Positions 1 through 15,216 of a stretch of 38,608 bases of DNA are shown here, piece by piece. The position numbers were made by a program, and so were the translations under genes. Every line of letters starts with the position of its first letter. Positions within the stretch are counted from its first letter, which is position 1. The stretch covers positions 1 through 38,608 of the forward strand of contig ADNK01000968.1 of NCBI GenBank assembly GCA_000320545.1, written 5' to 3'. The stretch comes from Bigelowiella natans CCMP2755 (taxonomy: Eukaryota; Protista; Cercozoa). The notes beneath the pieces were generated by a model. That model was not told the origin of the DNA. It searched no databases and saw only the letters and a program-made list of their open reading frames with translations.

Positions 1-1056
1 GATGTTTTCTCGTAAGACTTTTTCGTATCCGGTACTCAAAACTTGAATCTTCTTTTGGGTATTTGGGTGTACCCACTTCTTACAGATTCCCCAGAAAAAT
101 GGGAACAATCTCGGTGCATTGACGATATAAAGTTTGCCTGAGAGGGATATTTGGTGAGTCAGAATTTCAATGAGATCGCAATTCAATCTCTTACCCATGG
201 TCTCTGGGTAGTATTGTTCATCAATCTTCGCACACTTTTGAATAAAGGCAAGTCCTGTAACATATTATTACTCGTCAGATTCCGAATGGAAAGAAGATAA
301 AACAACGTTGGCTAAATCACCGTGGCGATGCGACATAGAAAGCCCTGCAAGGTCAACGATACTGACGCTTTGGTGAACATCTTTCTTTAGTTTCTCCGCC
401 GAATCGAGGCAAAGCCTGTGTTGAGGGACGTTAACGAATGTGGTGCGCAGCACACATCAAATATCTGTGGAAACCGACCTTGCATTTTTTCCATCTGCCA
501 AATGTGGATGTGGATGAGGTCATCCACAGTCAGGTATTCCAGTACGGTAGGGTAATGGATCGTTCCAACCCGCTCGTAATAGATAGGGCGCCCTGATAGA
601 ACGTCAATTTGATTATCGTATTTCAAAGCTTGCATGGAAGTGTCTCTACCGTGCTTGTCGAATCCATGGTTTTTGCTTGAGATGAGCTTGTTGTAAGTTG
701 CCAACTGGAACAAGATAAAGAATCAATCCATCATGTTTAAAGTTTATCTCAAGACGCTACCTTTTCAGGTTCTTTGTCCAGAATGTGGTCAATATCGTTG
801 TCTTTTCTCCATTTCAAACAGTTGGTGTACATCTTGTAAGCAGCTTCAAGGTCGTAGTCTCTTGCCTTCAGAAAGCGGCGAAGAGTAATGTCCGTTCCCT
901 GTTCATTTTGAGTCACACTAAATGAGTCCCGAAACGCAGAGCAAACGCAGAGCAATCTTAACAGGGAATTACCCAAGGCACATTCTCGTCCTCTTTGAGC
1001 ATGCCCTTCAGCTGGGCTACAGCCTTAGCTTTGTCAGAACAGGCTCCAGCGGACAT
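1..1056 (-). CDS. SEC14/CRAL-TRIO lipid-binding/transfer protein (multi-exon; 3' end lies outside the window)
   Basis: ATG at 1056. GT-AG splicing joins MSAGACSDK...W / GTDITLRRFLKARDYDLEAAYKMYTNCLKWR (CRAL-TRIO N) / HGFDKHG / RPIYYERVG / VSIVDLAGLS / IDEQYYPETMG / KLYIVNAPRLFPFFWGICKKWVHPNTQKKIQVL, all hallmark Sec14 motifs. Confidence 0.93.
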
Positions 1057-1395
1057 GGTGGTCTGAAGAACAAAGTTTAAGATGGAGACGGACAGTGACA
1101 GGGGTTGGTTTCTTTGTCGCGGCATGCAAAAGCACGCCTACGACCTAATAATTCTTACGACGGAACCTACAATTGCATGCCATTCCTCTCGAACATTCCG
1201 GAACTCACGCATCAAAAGTCGCCGTCAACCCCTCAGTTAAAGAGTTAAGGTTCGAATTTTGGGCGATATTTTGTTTCTAAGCCTCCCGCATAAATACCGG
1301 GATTCTATCGAATCCCGGGGCCTACACTGTAACCGCAGAAGCTCGTTTCCGACCCAGTGTTCGTCTGCTACACTCCTGCATATGGAGTAAACGCC
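1057..1395. promoter_or_regulatory. Putative bidirectional promoter (SEC14-like gene / ORF at 1396)
   Basis: About 340 bp between divergent start codons; positional inference only. Confidence 0.45.
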
Positions 1396-3255
1396 ATGTC
1401 GACGGAGGAGAAGGACGCAGAGAATGCGGCGGGGCCAGATGAAGGCAAGGACGTGGTCATCACTGTTCATAAGATCACTTTTGAAGGGTCAAATGCTGAC
1501 ACAAAACATACGAAGCCGAGTGAGAATCTGAGTAAGGAGCGTCGCAGGTTTTCAATTCACTCAAAGAAGATATTGAAGGACGTTGAGAATGTTAAGGCCA
1601 ATGATCAAATTGGAGAAAAGATCGAAGCTATGGATAAGAAACAGATGGAACTTAATCCTGCAGGGGCAGATGAGATTGATTCAGACGACGAATACGGGGT
1701 AGAGGAAGAGGCAGGAAAACGGAAACCAGAGGAGGAAAAAAAAGAAGATGACATTGACATGGAAGAAGTTATGCATAAAACTTTCATCTTCTGGGAGGCT
1801 ATGAAATGTGCAGCTAGGGGTAAAAAAATTCTGCTTTCATTTCTGAAAACGGGTGAGGTTCCCAATATACTTGATGAAAAAAAGCAAGAAAATGAAGAAA
1901 AAGACGAAGAAGAAGAAAAAGAAAAAATAAACGAGGACTATCTTGCGGAGGTTGCAGGGGATGGGCGAGAATGGGGAGGAGGTGAAAATAATGAGCAAAA
2001 GGATGTTGGTTTAAAGCTGCTTAATGATATTCCTCTCCGACACTGCCGAAAACGTCTAAAAGAAGAGCTCAAACTAACTACAAAAGCCCGAGTAGAGATG
2101 ACATGGCGTCTCGCGAATACGCTACAAGAAGTACGAATTGGTTCCAGAGAGCCTAACTTAGGATTAGCAATAGCTTGTTATGAAAGCTTGCTGGAGGTCT
2201 GTCCGGCAGACCATAGGTCTCGTAAAGCCATTCAAAATAGTCGAGACCTTGCGGAAGTTGCACTGAAAAATGAATATTCAGTGAAGAGAGCAGAGCTGGT
2301 GAACGTGGAGGAAAATCTAGCGAATTTAAAGTCCGATGGAAGTCTAGAAACTCTCGCATCTAAGAAAACAGACGTAACCGATGGTTTGGGACTGGGTGAT
2401 ATCAAGCTAATCGATATTTTGCCTGATATTGATATCCTGAAGTCTCAGGAATCGACGAAGTGTGTTGACAATGACAGCACCTTAGTGGTCAAGAGGAAAC
2501 AGGTGGGTTTCTTTAGTGACAATAAGAATAATGGGAAAAAGGGCCTGAACGCAAAGAAGTCGGGCAAACCTGCAGATAAGGACAGAGGAAATGGTAAGGA
2601 TCATACCATAATTATCAAAAACCATCACATGAGCAGCCCAAGTATTGACAATAAGATGGAAGATTTCGCCTCTCATCCGGATATGAAATTGTTGCAGTCG
2701 CGCAGCAAGCATCCACTAGTCTTAAAGGAAGGAGATGGTGGAAGCATTGGGTCATTAGGTTCTCCAAATGGCCAGGGAGTAAATTATTCCGACGACGCGT
2801 TGATGAACACAGAAACACGAATATCGCGAGACATATTAGACACCAAGTCCCCCACAGATGATAGAAGTGGAATGAATCTTCTCCCTCCTCAAGAAAGAGG
2901 GGGAATAGGAGATCCCACACATTCGGAGAAGAGTATAATGAATAGTGAGAACACTGCAGCTCGTCAGGGTAGCAATAGCCACAGCCACCAGGAGGGTATC
3001 GATCCTTTCGGTCGACAGAATAATACGGAGCAAAACTTACTGAAGGATGAAGCAAGTAGCAACAAAGTCGAAAACAGGGACACTGCGCTGGATATTTCCC
3101 AACACAATGCACCAAATGATGTTGGCTCGCAAATAGGAGGTCAAGCAGGAGAATATGATGCTGTAGAACAAAACGAAGTGCTTAGCGAGTTAGGAGCGAG
3201 GTCGGAAATGTCACAAGCTGCGTTACCTCTCCCCGACCCAGATAATCAAGTTTAA
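1396..3255 (+). CDS. Intronless, largely acidic/disordered hypothetical protein with one TPR-like helical segment
   Basis: 1.9 kb open frame with first ATG at 1396 (MSTEEKD). Rich in E/K/D/S/N. Central WRLANTLQEVRIGSREPNLGLAIACYESLLEVCP resembles a TPR. Confidence 0.75.
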   Translation: MSTEEKDAENAAGPDEGKDVVITVHKITFEGSNADTKHTKPSENLSKERRRFSIHSKKILKDVENVKANDQIGEKIEAMDKKQMELNPAGADEIDSDDEYGVEEEAGKRKPEEEKKEDDIDMEEVMHKTFIFWEAMKCAARGKKILLSFLKTGEVPNILDEKKQENEEKDEEEEKEKINEDYLAEVAGDGREWGGGENNEQKDVGLKLLNDIPLRHCRKRLKEELKLTTKARVEMTWRLANTLQEVRIGSREPNLGLAIACYESLLEVCPADHRSRKAIQNSRDLAEVALKNEYSVKRAELVNVEENLANLKSDGSLETLASKKTDVTDGLGLGDIKLIDILPDIDILKSQESTKCVDNDSTLVVKRKQVGFFSDNKNNGKKGLNAKKSGKPADKDRGNGKDHTIIIKNHHMSSPSIDNKMEDFASHPDMKLLQSRSKHPLVLKEGDGGSIGSLGSPNGQGVNYSDDALMNTETRISRDILDTKSPTDDRSGMNLLPPQERGGIGDPTHSEKSIMNSENTAARQGSNSHSHQEGIDPFGRQNNTEQNLLKDEASSNKVENRDTALDISQHNAPNDVGSQIGGQAGEYDAVEQNEVLSELGARSEMSQAALPLPDPDNQV

Positions 3256-4260
3256 CAAACCAGAGTTAATTAGCACTGTTAAATGCGAACTCACGTGAGC
3301 TTATATCAAACATTTACCGGAGCGAGCGCGTTCCAGTGGTGCCTAGCTTTCGTGCGTGCGGATGATCGTACTTATGCTCTCTTTCAAACTTAAGTAATTG
3401 CTTGTAGTACGTTAAAATCGCAACTGACTGCTATAGACTGCTATGCCGTATGAAACTCCAACAACCGCACACACAGCAGGTACGATCTTAACAAGACATT
3501 GATGGAAGTCTGCAAGGCCTGCGCACATCGCACGTGCGAGACATTTATTATGTCCATGCAAACTGCTGCAAAGCTAGGCCTGCGCACGCTGATCGCAATG
3601 ATCGCACTCATCGCTCATTGCGTGTCATGCGCAATGCAGCGAGTTCCATTGCTGTATGTCTCTAGAGCTGTATGTATATGCGATGCACTCGCATTGCTGT
3701 ATAGCTGGCAGCGGCGGCCTGTCATCGCACCAGCACATCGTGCACGCACTTAGCAGGCGCCTACTCTGGCACAAAATCAGAGTTCATAGCATCATACACG
3801 TGAGACGAGTGTAGCTAATAAACAGTGTGCTGTGCCATATAACTGACACATGGTACATATGCATTTGTGTTCGTGTGCTTGACCGGATACGATGAGCAAT
3901 TGAAAAAATGCAATTTGATTTATATTGTCATGCATCGCATATCGTCTGCTAATAATATTATCTATGTATACACATATATATACAGCGTACATATGTGCTG
4001 CAGAGCCATTGCCCGGTTACATCTAGACATACGTAATGTGTACATCGCATGCTCGATCGATCGTTCAGTGCATTGAATTATTGCATGTACGATCAAACAT
4101 ATATTGCCAGGTTAAAAACAGCACACATCGAATTACTAAGAGTAAAAAATTTCACATGAAAGTTGCTCATTGGCCAGGCGCTGGCGTTGTCTAGTTGTTG
4201 CTGTTCGGGTGCAAATCGGGATGCGTTAAAAAGCATATAGTTTACATTGCTAATCGCCGC

Positions 4261-5590
4261 TCACCGTGATCGTGAACGTGATCGATCCCTTCGGCGCCTT
4301 CTACTATCTCGATCGCGATCCCTAGACCTGTCACGTTCCCTAGATCTATCACGACGTCGATCTCTGTCACGATCTCGATCCCTTCGATCACTGTCCCTCC
4401 TCCTGCGGCCTCGACTGCGATCACGATCTCTGTCCCTACGCCTGCTCGAACGGCCTCGATCACGGTCTCGTCTATCATTATCTCGTCCTTCCTCATGAGG
4501 CCATGGAGGGCGTGGCCGGGATTTTCCTTCGAGCTTCTGCTTCAGCTCTTTGTGAAAGTCCCGGCACTTCTTCCAACCTTGGTATTGTTTTCCAGCGTAG
4601 AGTGACTTCAGTCGTGACTCACTGTCTGTGTTGCTCATGAGCACACCAGCCACCTCGCACACGATCATAACGCGATTCGGGTTGCGATTGTCATCGGGTT
4701 TCCTCATGATATCTGCAGCGCTTCCTTTGAGAGTCTCAACACGGGTTGAAAGTGCCTGTTTAAGAGAATGAATCTCATTTCGTTCAGACATCTAATATAT
4801 GAGCGAAATAATCTACCTGAGCTTGTTCTACGTCGCCTTGCTCCCCTAGCTCCTCGGCCTTCTTGCTTAAATTCTCTATTTCCACCTGAATTTCGCCCAA
4901 CTTTTTTGCCTCTTCCTCGGTCAGTTTCTTTGGTTCATTTTTTGCCTTTTGCTCCATGGCGATCCTCTCCTATCGTATTAATTCGTTTTATATGGTGTGT
5001 GCCGTTGAACCAAGCATAGTGTGCCCCTCGGTATGTGAAAATTGATATTTTTTTACAATAATAATCAAGTTCTGAGCACCTTGAGCTTTACAATCTTGCG
5101 ATCGCAGTCGTCGATAAGTCTTCTTAGGAGATCAAGAGTGTCCCATTGATACGGGTACTATCGTTTCAAGAATATGACATCAATATTAATCATTTTTTAT
5201 CTCATGCGAGGTGATTGAACCATATCAGACCTTGTCTTTCTGTTCTTGTGGTAAAGCTTCCCATTCATCCTTTGCACGGAGATCGTAAACTTTCTCGTAG
5301 ACTTCTGGTATCTCCGACTTCGTGTTCTTGAACAATTCATGGGGGCGAATCCCCACTAGAAAGTGCTTGCAGACGTCGTCATCCCAGAAGTGACGCTGCA
5401 TCTTTTCCTAAAATGTAGAAAGAACCAGTTTTCACAAGAACAGGAATTAAGCCACGGTGCCTACGAACGAACCCTTACATCCAGTCTACATATTAATGCC
5501 CGAAATTGGCGACCCAATTACCCGTTCTTCGAAGCTAGCATTACGCTCCTTGCCCATAAGCTGGTCTAAGAGAGCTCGTTGCGCATCCAT
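4261..5590 (-). CDS. LUC7: LUC7-family U1 snRNP-associated splicing factor with C-terminal RD/RS-rich tail (5 exons)
   Basis: MDAQRALLDQLMG start (ATG 5590); HFWDDDVCKHFLVGIRPHELFKNTKS; LIDDCDRKI; AEELGEQGDVEQAQ; MIVCEVAG...GKQYQGW; RDRDR/RSRSR tail. Exons join in frame through GT-AG introns. Confidence 0.95.
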
Positions 5591-5867
5591 CGTGAAAGGA
5601 TCAGCTTGGGTTGAAAGCTTTCGATTATGCAGTAGATTTCGTTGGTGCGACAAGGAAACACAGAGTATCTGAGAGATCAGAAATCCCCACTTCCGCAAAA
5701 CATGATGAGAGCGCCATTTTGAATTGCGACTTGAAGATGAGCTGTAGTTTCTTGTCGCAGGATCTAAAATAGGTCAACTGCTCAGGAGGAGGCGCGAGCG
5801 TTTCAAACACCCAAACGTCTTCCCTCTCTCATCTCCCCGCCCCTCCTCACCCCCAGTTGGTAAAGGA
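5591..5867. promoter_or_regulatory. Putative bidirectional promoter (LUC7 / IFT80)
   Basis: Only 277 bp between divergent ATGs, with a pyrimidine-rich tract before IFT80. Confidence 0.55.
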
Positions 5868-11490
<5,623 letters not shown>

Positions 11491-12693
11491 GCGCCCACCC
11501 GCCCTTTCCTTCATTTAAAATAATTGATCCATTCTCAAAGTCGCCTCAGCATTGCGCGTCTGCACTGCAATGTTAGACCTTGTGCATCTTTCTAATCTGG
11601 TGGCTATGAAATCAGATCAGCGCCAAGCGGTAGTGACATGGAAGGGAAGCTTCAGCAACAATCCGAACCTGCCGCACAGCAAGATGTAGGCCATGCCTTC
11701 GATCAGGACGATGACTTGGAAATGTAAACGCAGGATGTGCAACTTGAAGGATGTAAGGAAATATTTTCACCCGCCGAAGTGAGTAGTTGCGCTCTGACGA
11801 AGAATCTGATTTATAGAAGCGCTGTCTTAGGTTAACCATGCATAGCTTATAAGAATACATTCACATGCCTAGACTCACGTTAAATTCATCATTGTCTTTG
11901 ATGCAATGATCGAGCATGAACGGATGCCTGCACGTTACTACGCCACTGCGACAATGTATGAGACGGATGTAATGAAGTGTTTAAATTTTTTCAATGGTCA
12001 TCCTGATATATGTAGCTGCGACAATGAATGAATGCGTACGTATGGAGAGATGTGCTCATCAAAGCGTGGCCGCGCCAGCTGGTAGGCTAGCTAGCTGTGT
12101 CATGCATGGCCGGCGCAGTCACAGCCGCCCGCACGTGCGTGCAGTACGATACCTACAGCGTACATATAGCCACAATGTCATAGCTAGATAAGATAATAAT
12201 TAACACTAGTACTGTGCATCGCATGATATGCGATGCGAAAAAATGTCATCTTCTGACTTTTGCAAAACATATGCGCTAGGCGTACGGTGCGTGTGCGATT
12301 GATGACATGCACACTACTGCTTCCCCAATTCAGTGAGCGCTGCTACAGCCCCCGCTTTGCCACAGCTACATTGCTAGCTACATGTAGATTAGTTATAGGA
12401 TGACGACCACAGCTAGCACAGCATGTGAAGAGTGAGGTCGTGTTGCATCATCACGTTCCACATCAACGAGATCTTCTTGATACATGTTTGCCAAACTCTG
12501 CAAAGCAATGTGAACACGATTAACTTAAGCTAATTGACATGCTGTGACCTCTGTCGTGCTGTGCACAGCTGTGTGATAGCATATGCATCCAATAGCCCAT
12601 AAGGCACGTGTGCAAATGACTTTCAAAGTTTAAGGCTCACACGTAAGAACTTCTTCCACATAGTGTGATGTGCTCATGAACACACACGAAGAA

Positions 12694-13590
12694 CTAAGCG
12701 CAGCAACAGGATTTTTTGGCGTCGCAGTCAGAAGTACGAGCCCCAGCAGGACAGTTCGCAACATCGTCCATAGGAGCTGGGCAGCAGAATTCGTGAGGAC
12801 CGGTGCAAGAGCTCTTGTCGGTAGCATAATGAGGTGCGCGGGATCGGCTGAAGTACGTGCGTTCCCATTTCTTTACTTTCTCCGTGCCGCAGGACATGAC
12901 TTGATCGTTGTCGCACACTGGGGGAGGTCTGAAGACGTCACGGAAAGCGGTAATGTTCTTAATCACTTTGAAATCTCCGTACAAAATGCTGCCTGCCTTG
13001 ACTTTGGTATCACCGGGAACGGAATAATCAATACGGTGTGTGATGATATCGGTTGTGTTATCTGGGTTTGTCTTGCGAGTGATGTAGTAAGTGTAGTCAA
13101 TGCCAATCTTAGCGATAGGGATTTGAGTTGTTTGACTCCATACCTCTGCACCCTTTACTGTATTGTTGAATAGTTCTGTAGTGTCTTTCTTGCCGAGGTA
13201 TTTCACTTTTGTAAACAGGCCACTTTTTTGCGCGATATCCCATTGTTTAAGATCGGGCACATCTGTACCGTCACCAGAATAGCAGCAATCAACTGAATCA
13301 CAGTTTATGTAGTAAGTACCCGATCCCACAGCTCCGTAAGGATATTTGAAACCACCGTCGACCTCGATCTTGATGCAGTTATCAGCCCCATAATCGAAAA
13401 TGTGAGCTTGCATGCAGGTCTCTGATGTCTTCTTGCAGTCCTCATAGAGGTACGACTCTTTACCGACCGCACCGGCCATTCCATCTCCAGTGGATTGAGC
13501 CACCCATGCCTGAGCAAGATGGGGTGGAGTTGGGTCCGATCGAGTCGGTAAGGCCAAAGAGAAGGCAGCGATAGCGGAAAGAAGCATCAT
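12694..13590 (-). CDS. Secreted Cys-rich protein, possibly ependymin-related (EPDR/LolA-like fold), with a C-terminal 8-Cys module
   Basis: Intronless 298-aa ORF. Signal peptide MMLLSAIAAFSLA; PTPPHLAQAW near the N-terminus; central CC; YGDF...VFRPPPVC resembles the EPDR C-terminal F-x-P-P-x-x-C motif. Family assignment is tentative. Confidence 0.7.
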   Translation of the reverse strand: MMLLSAIAAFSLALPTRSDPTPPHLAQAWVAQSTGDGMAGAVGKESYLYEDCKKTSETCMQAHIFDYGADNCIKIEVDGGFKYPYGAVGSGTYYINCDSVDCCYSGDGTDVPDLKQWDIAQKSGLFTKVKYLGKKDTTELFNNTVKGAEVWSQTTQIPIAKIGIDYTYYITRKTNPDNTTDIITHRIDYSVPGDTKVKAGSILYGDFKVIKNITAFRDVFRPPPVCDNDQVMSCGTEKVKKWERTYFSRSRAPHYATDKSSCTGPHEFCCPAPMDDVANCPAGARTSDCDAKKSCCCA

Positions 13591-14676
13591 CTTCTACGGG
13601 TAGGCTAGTAGTCTAGGAGGATGAACTCTGTTCGCTGTTGCGTGAAAGTTGATGTAACGCCTTAACTGCTTGAACTTCATTGCTTGGGTTTTAGTTCATG
13701 TCGCTTCATCGAATTCTAATGAATTTGTGATATTTTCGCATGATCGCCGACATTGCCGGCAAAGCAACCGCATTCATCAAGATTCAAGATGGACATGATT
13801 TTCGTTTCAGACACGCATTTGGATGCAAACTAGACCCAGATCTTGTCAAATCAGTCGAAACGCGCGCACCGGATGCACATCTTTGCACGCATGGCCAAAA
13901 CAGGCGAAAAAAATTTTCGCGACAAGAAATGAGAAAATGACAAATTGGAAAGGAAGGAAAAAAACATGAGCGATCAAGTGGGATGTGTTGCCGGCAAAAA
14001 TATTTCCAAAATGGGAACCCAAAAAACCCATTGTCGGGCCTGTTGGCACGTGCTCATTCCAGACACCCACACAAACGCGCTCTCGTGATGCCCTTGCAAG
14101 CAACCCCAGGCACCTGATGTCATCGACATGTCACCCGGTCATCATCCTTCCCCACACTTGGTGGTCAAACAAGTTGTCGATCCTGTTCCGGTGCATTGCA
14201 CGCCGTTCGTGTGAGGAGCACGTGTGTTGTGTCCAGGTGTGGCAACACGTGTTCAGAACACATGCTGCTGCAATGTGGTTGATGTCGACAGCACACGTTC
14301 CAAACACATGCTGCAGTCACGTTTTCGACAATGTGGCAAAGACGTGCAACATCGGGAAGGCCATGTGTCGCCACACAGAGCTAGCACCAACTCTGGGTGC
14401 CACACTGTGGCACACTTGCAATTTGTTCTTGTCGCGCCTTCGGTTCGCAGCGCCATGTTCTGCACTGCTAGCTAGCTAGACTGGGAGCTTCGATCGCAGC
14501 CCTGAACACGACAGCACGATGGCGGAGATTTGATGAAATGTGTGATCATCAGAGGAGCCACAGCTAGCACAGTGCCGTCGTCGCCGGCCGATTGCGCTGG
14601 CTAGCTAGCTAGCTGGCACGTGCTAGTGTGCGTGGCATCTGTAGATCTGCTAGTCTGCGATTTGCATGTAGTCTAG

Positions 14677-14677
<1 letters not shown>

Positions 14678-14715
<38 letters not shown>
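14678..14715. repeat. (GT)n microsatellite, intergenic
   Basis: Direct reading. Confidence 0.95.
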
Positions 14716-14716
<1 letters not shown>

Positions 14717-15216
14717 CCCATGCTAGCCTGCATGGGGTGACCCGACACGCTGTCATGCTCCAAGGCTGTGGTGACGCTTCTCACAGCGCCTCCCCATGCG
14801 AAAAGCCCTGCCTGCGTGTTAGCCACAAATGCAATGCTAGAATGCGGCCGTCTAGCTGTGTGCACACATGCTTGACGCGCTAAGCGGCCCGCACAGCTCT
14901 GGTGTCGCGATCCACAATGCTAGAATGATGTGTAGCAAACGAGCGACGTGCACGCAACATGCTCTTGTCTGTAAGCAAGCATGCCAGAATCAGCACCAGG
15001 CAGCATGTAATCAGCTACAATTAGCCTTCCTAGCTTCCGAAACTTAGTCTGTTATCTTCATCTAACCATGTTGATAATTGAGGATCTACTAATGACAAAT
15101 TATTGTTGTAATTATGTGCGATAGTCCTTCTGAAAGTTGGCTCTATCTTGGTTTATTTGTTACGATGTACAATGCAGATAACACCATTTCGTGATGGTAG
15201 GTGCCAATCCGGCAAA

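Noticed and set aside
1245-1260. GGTTCGAAT, resembling a tRNA T-loop
   Set aside because: No flanking T-stem or cloverleaf pairing.
4242-4498. Alternative-frame and antisense ORFs (RS/L-rich, VIE-rich) over the LUC7 tail
   Set aside because: Shadows of the repetitive RD/RS coding sequence.
13985-14479. 164-aa Cys/His-rich ORF, and similar ORFs at 20397-20861 and 3499-3753, as possible transposase or zinc-finger genes
   Set aside because: C/H/A/M richness follows from the TG/CA-rich spacer composition. No transposase, RT or zinc-finger motif spacing is recognisable.
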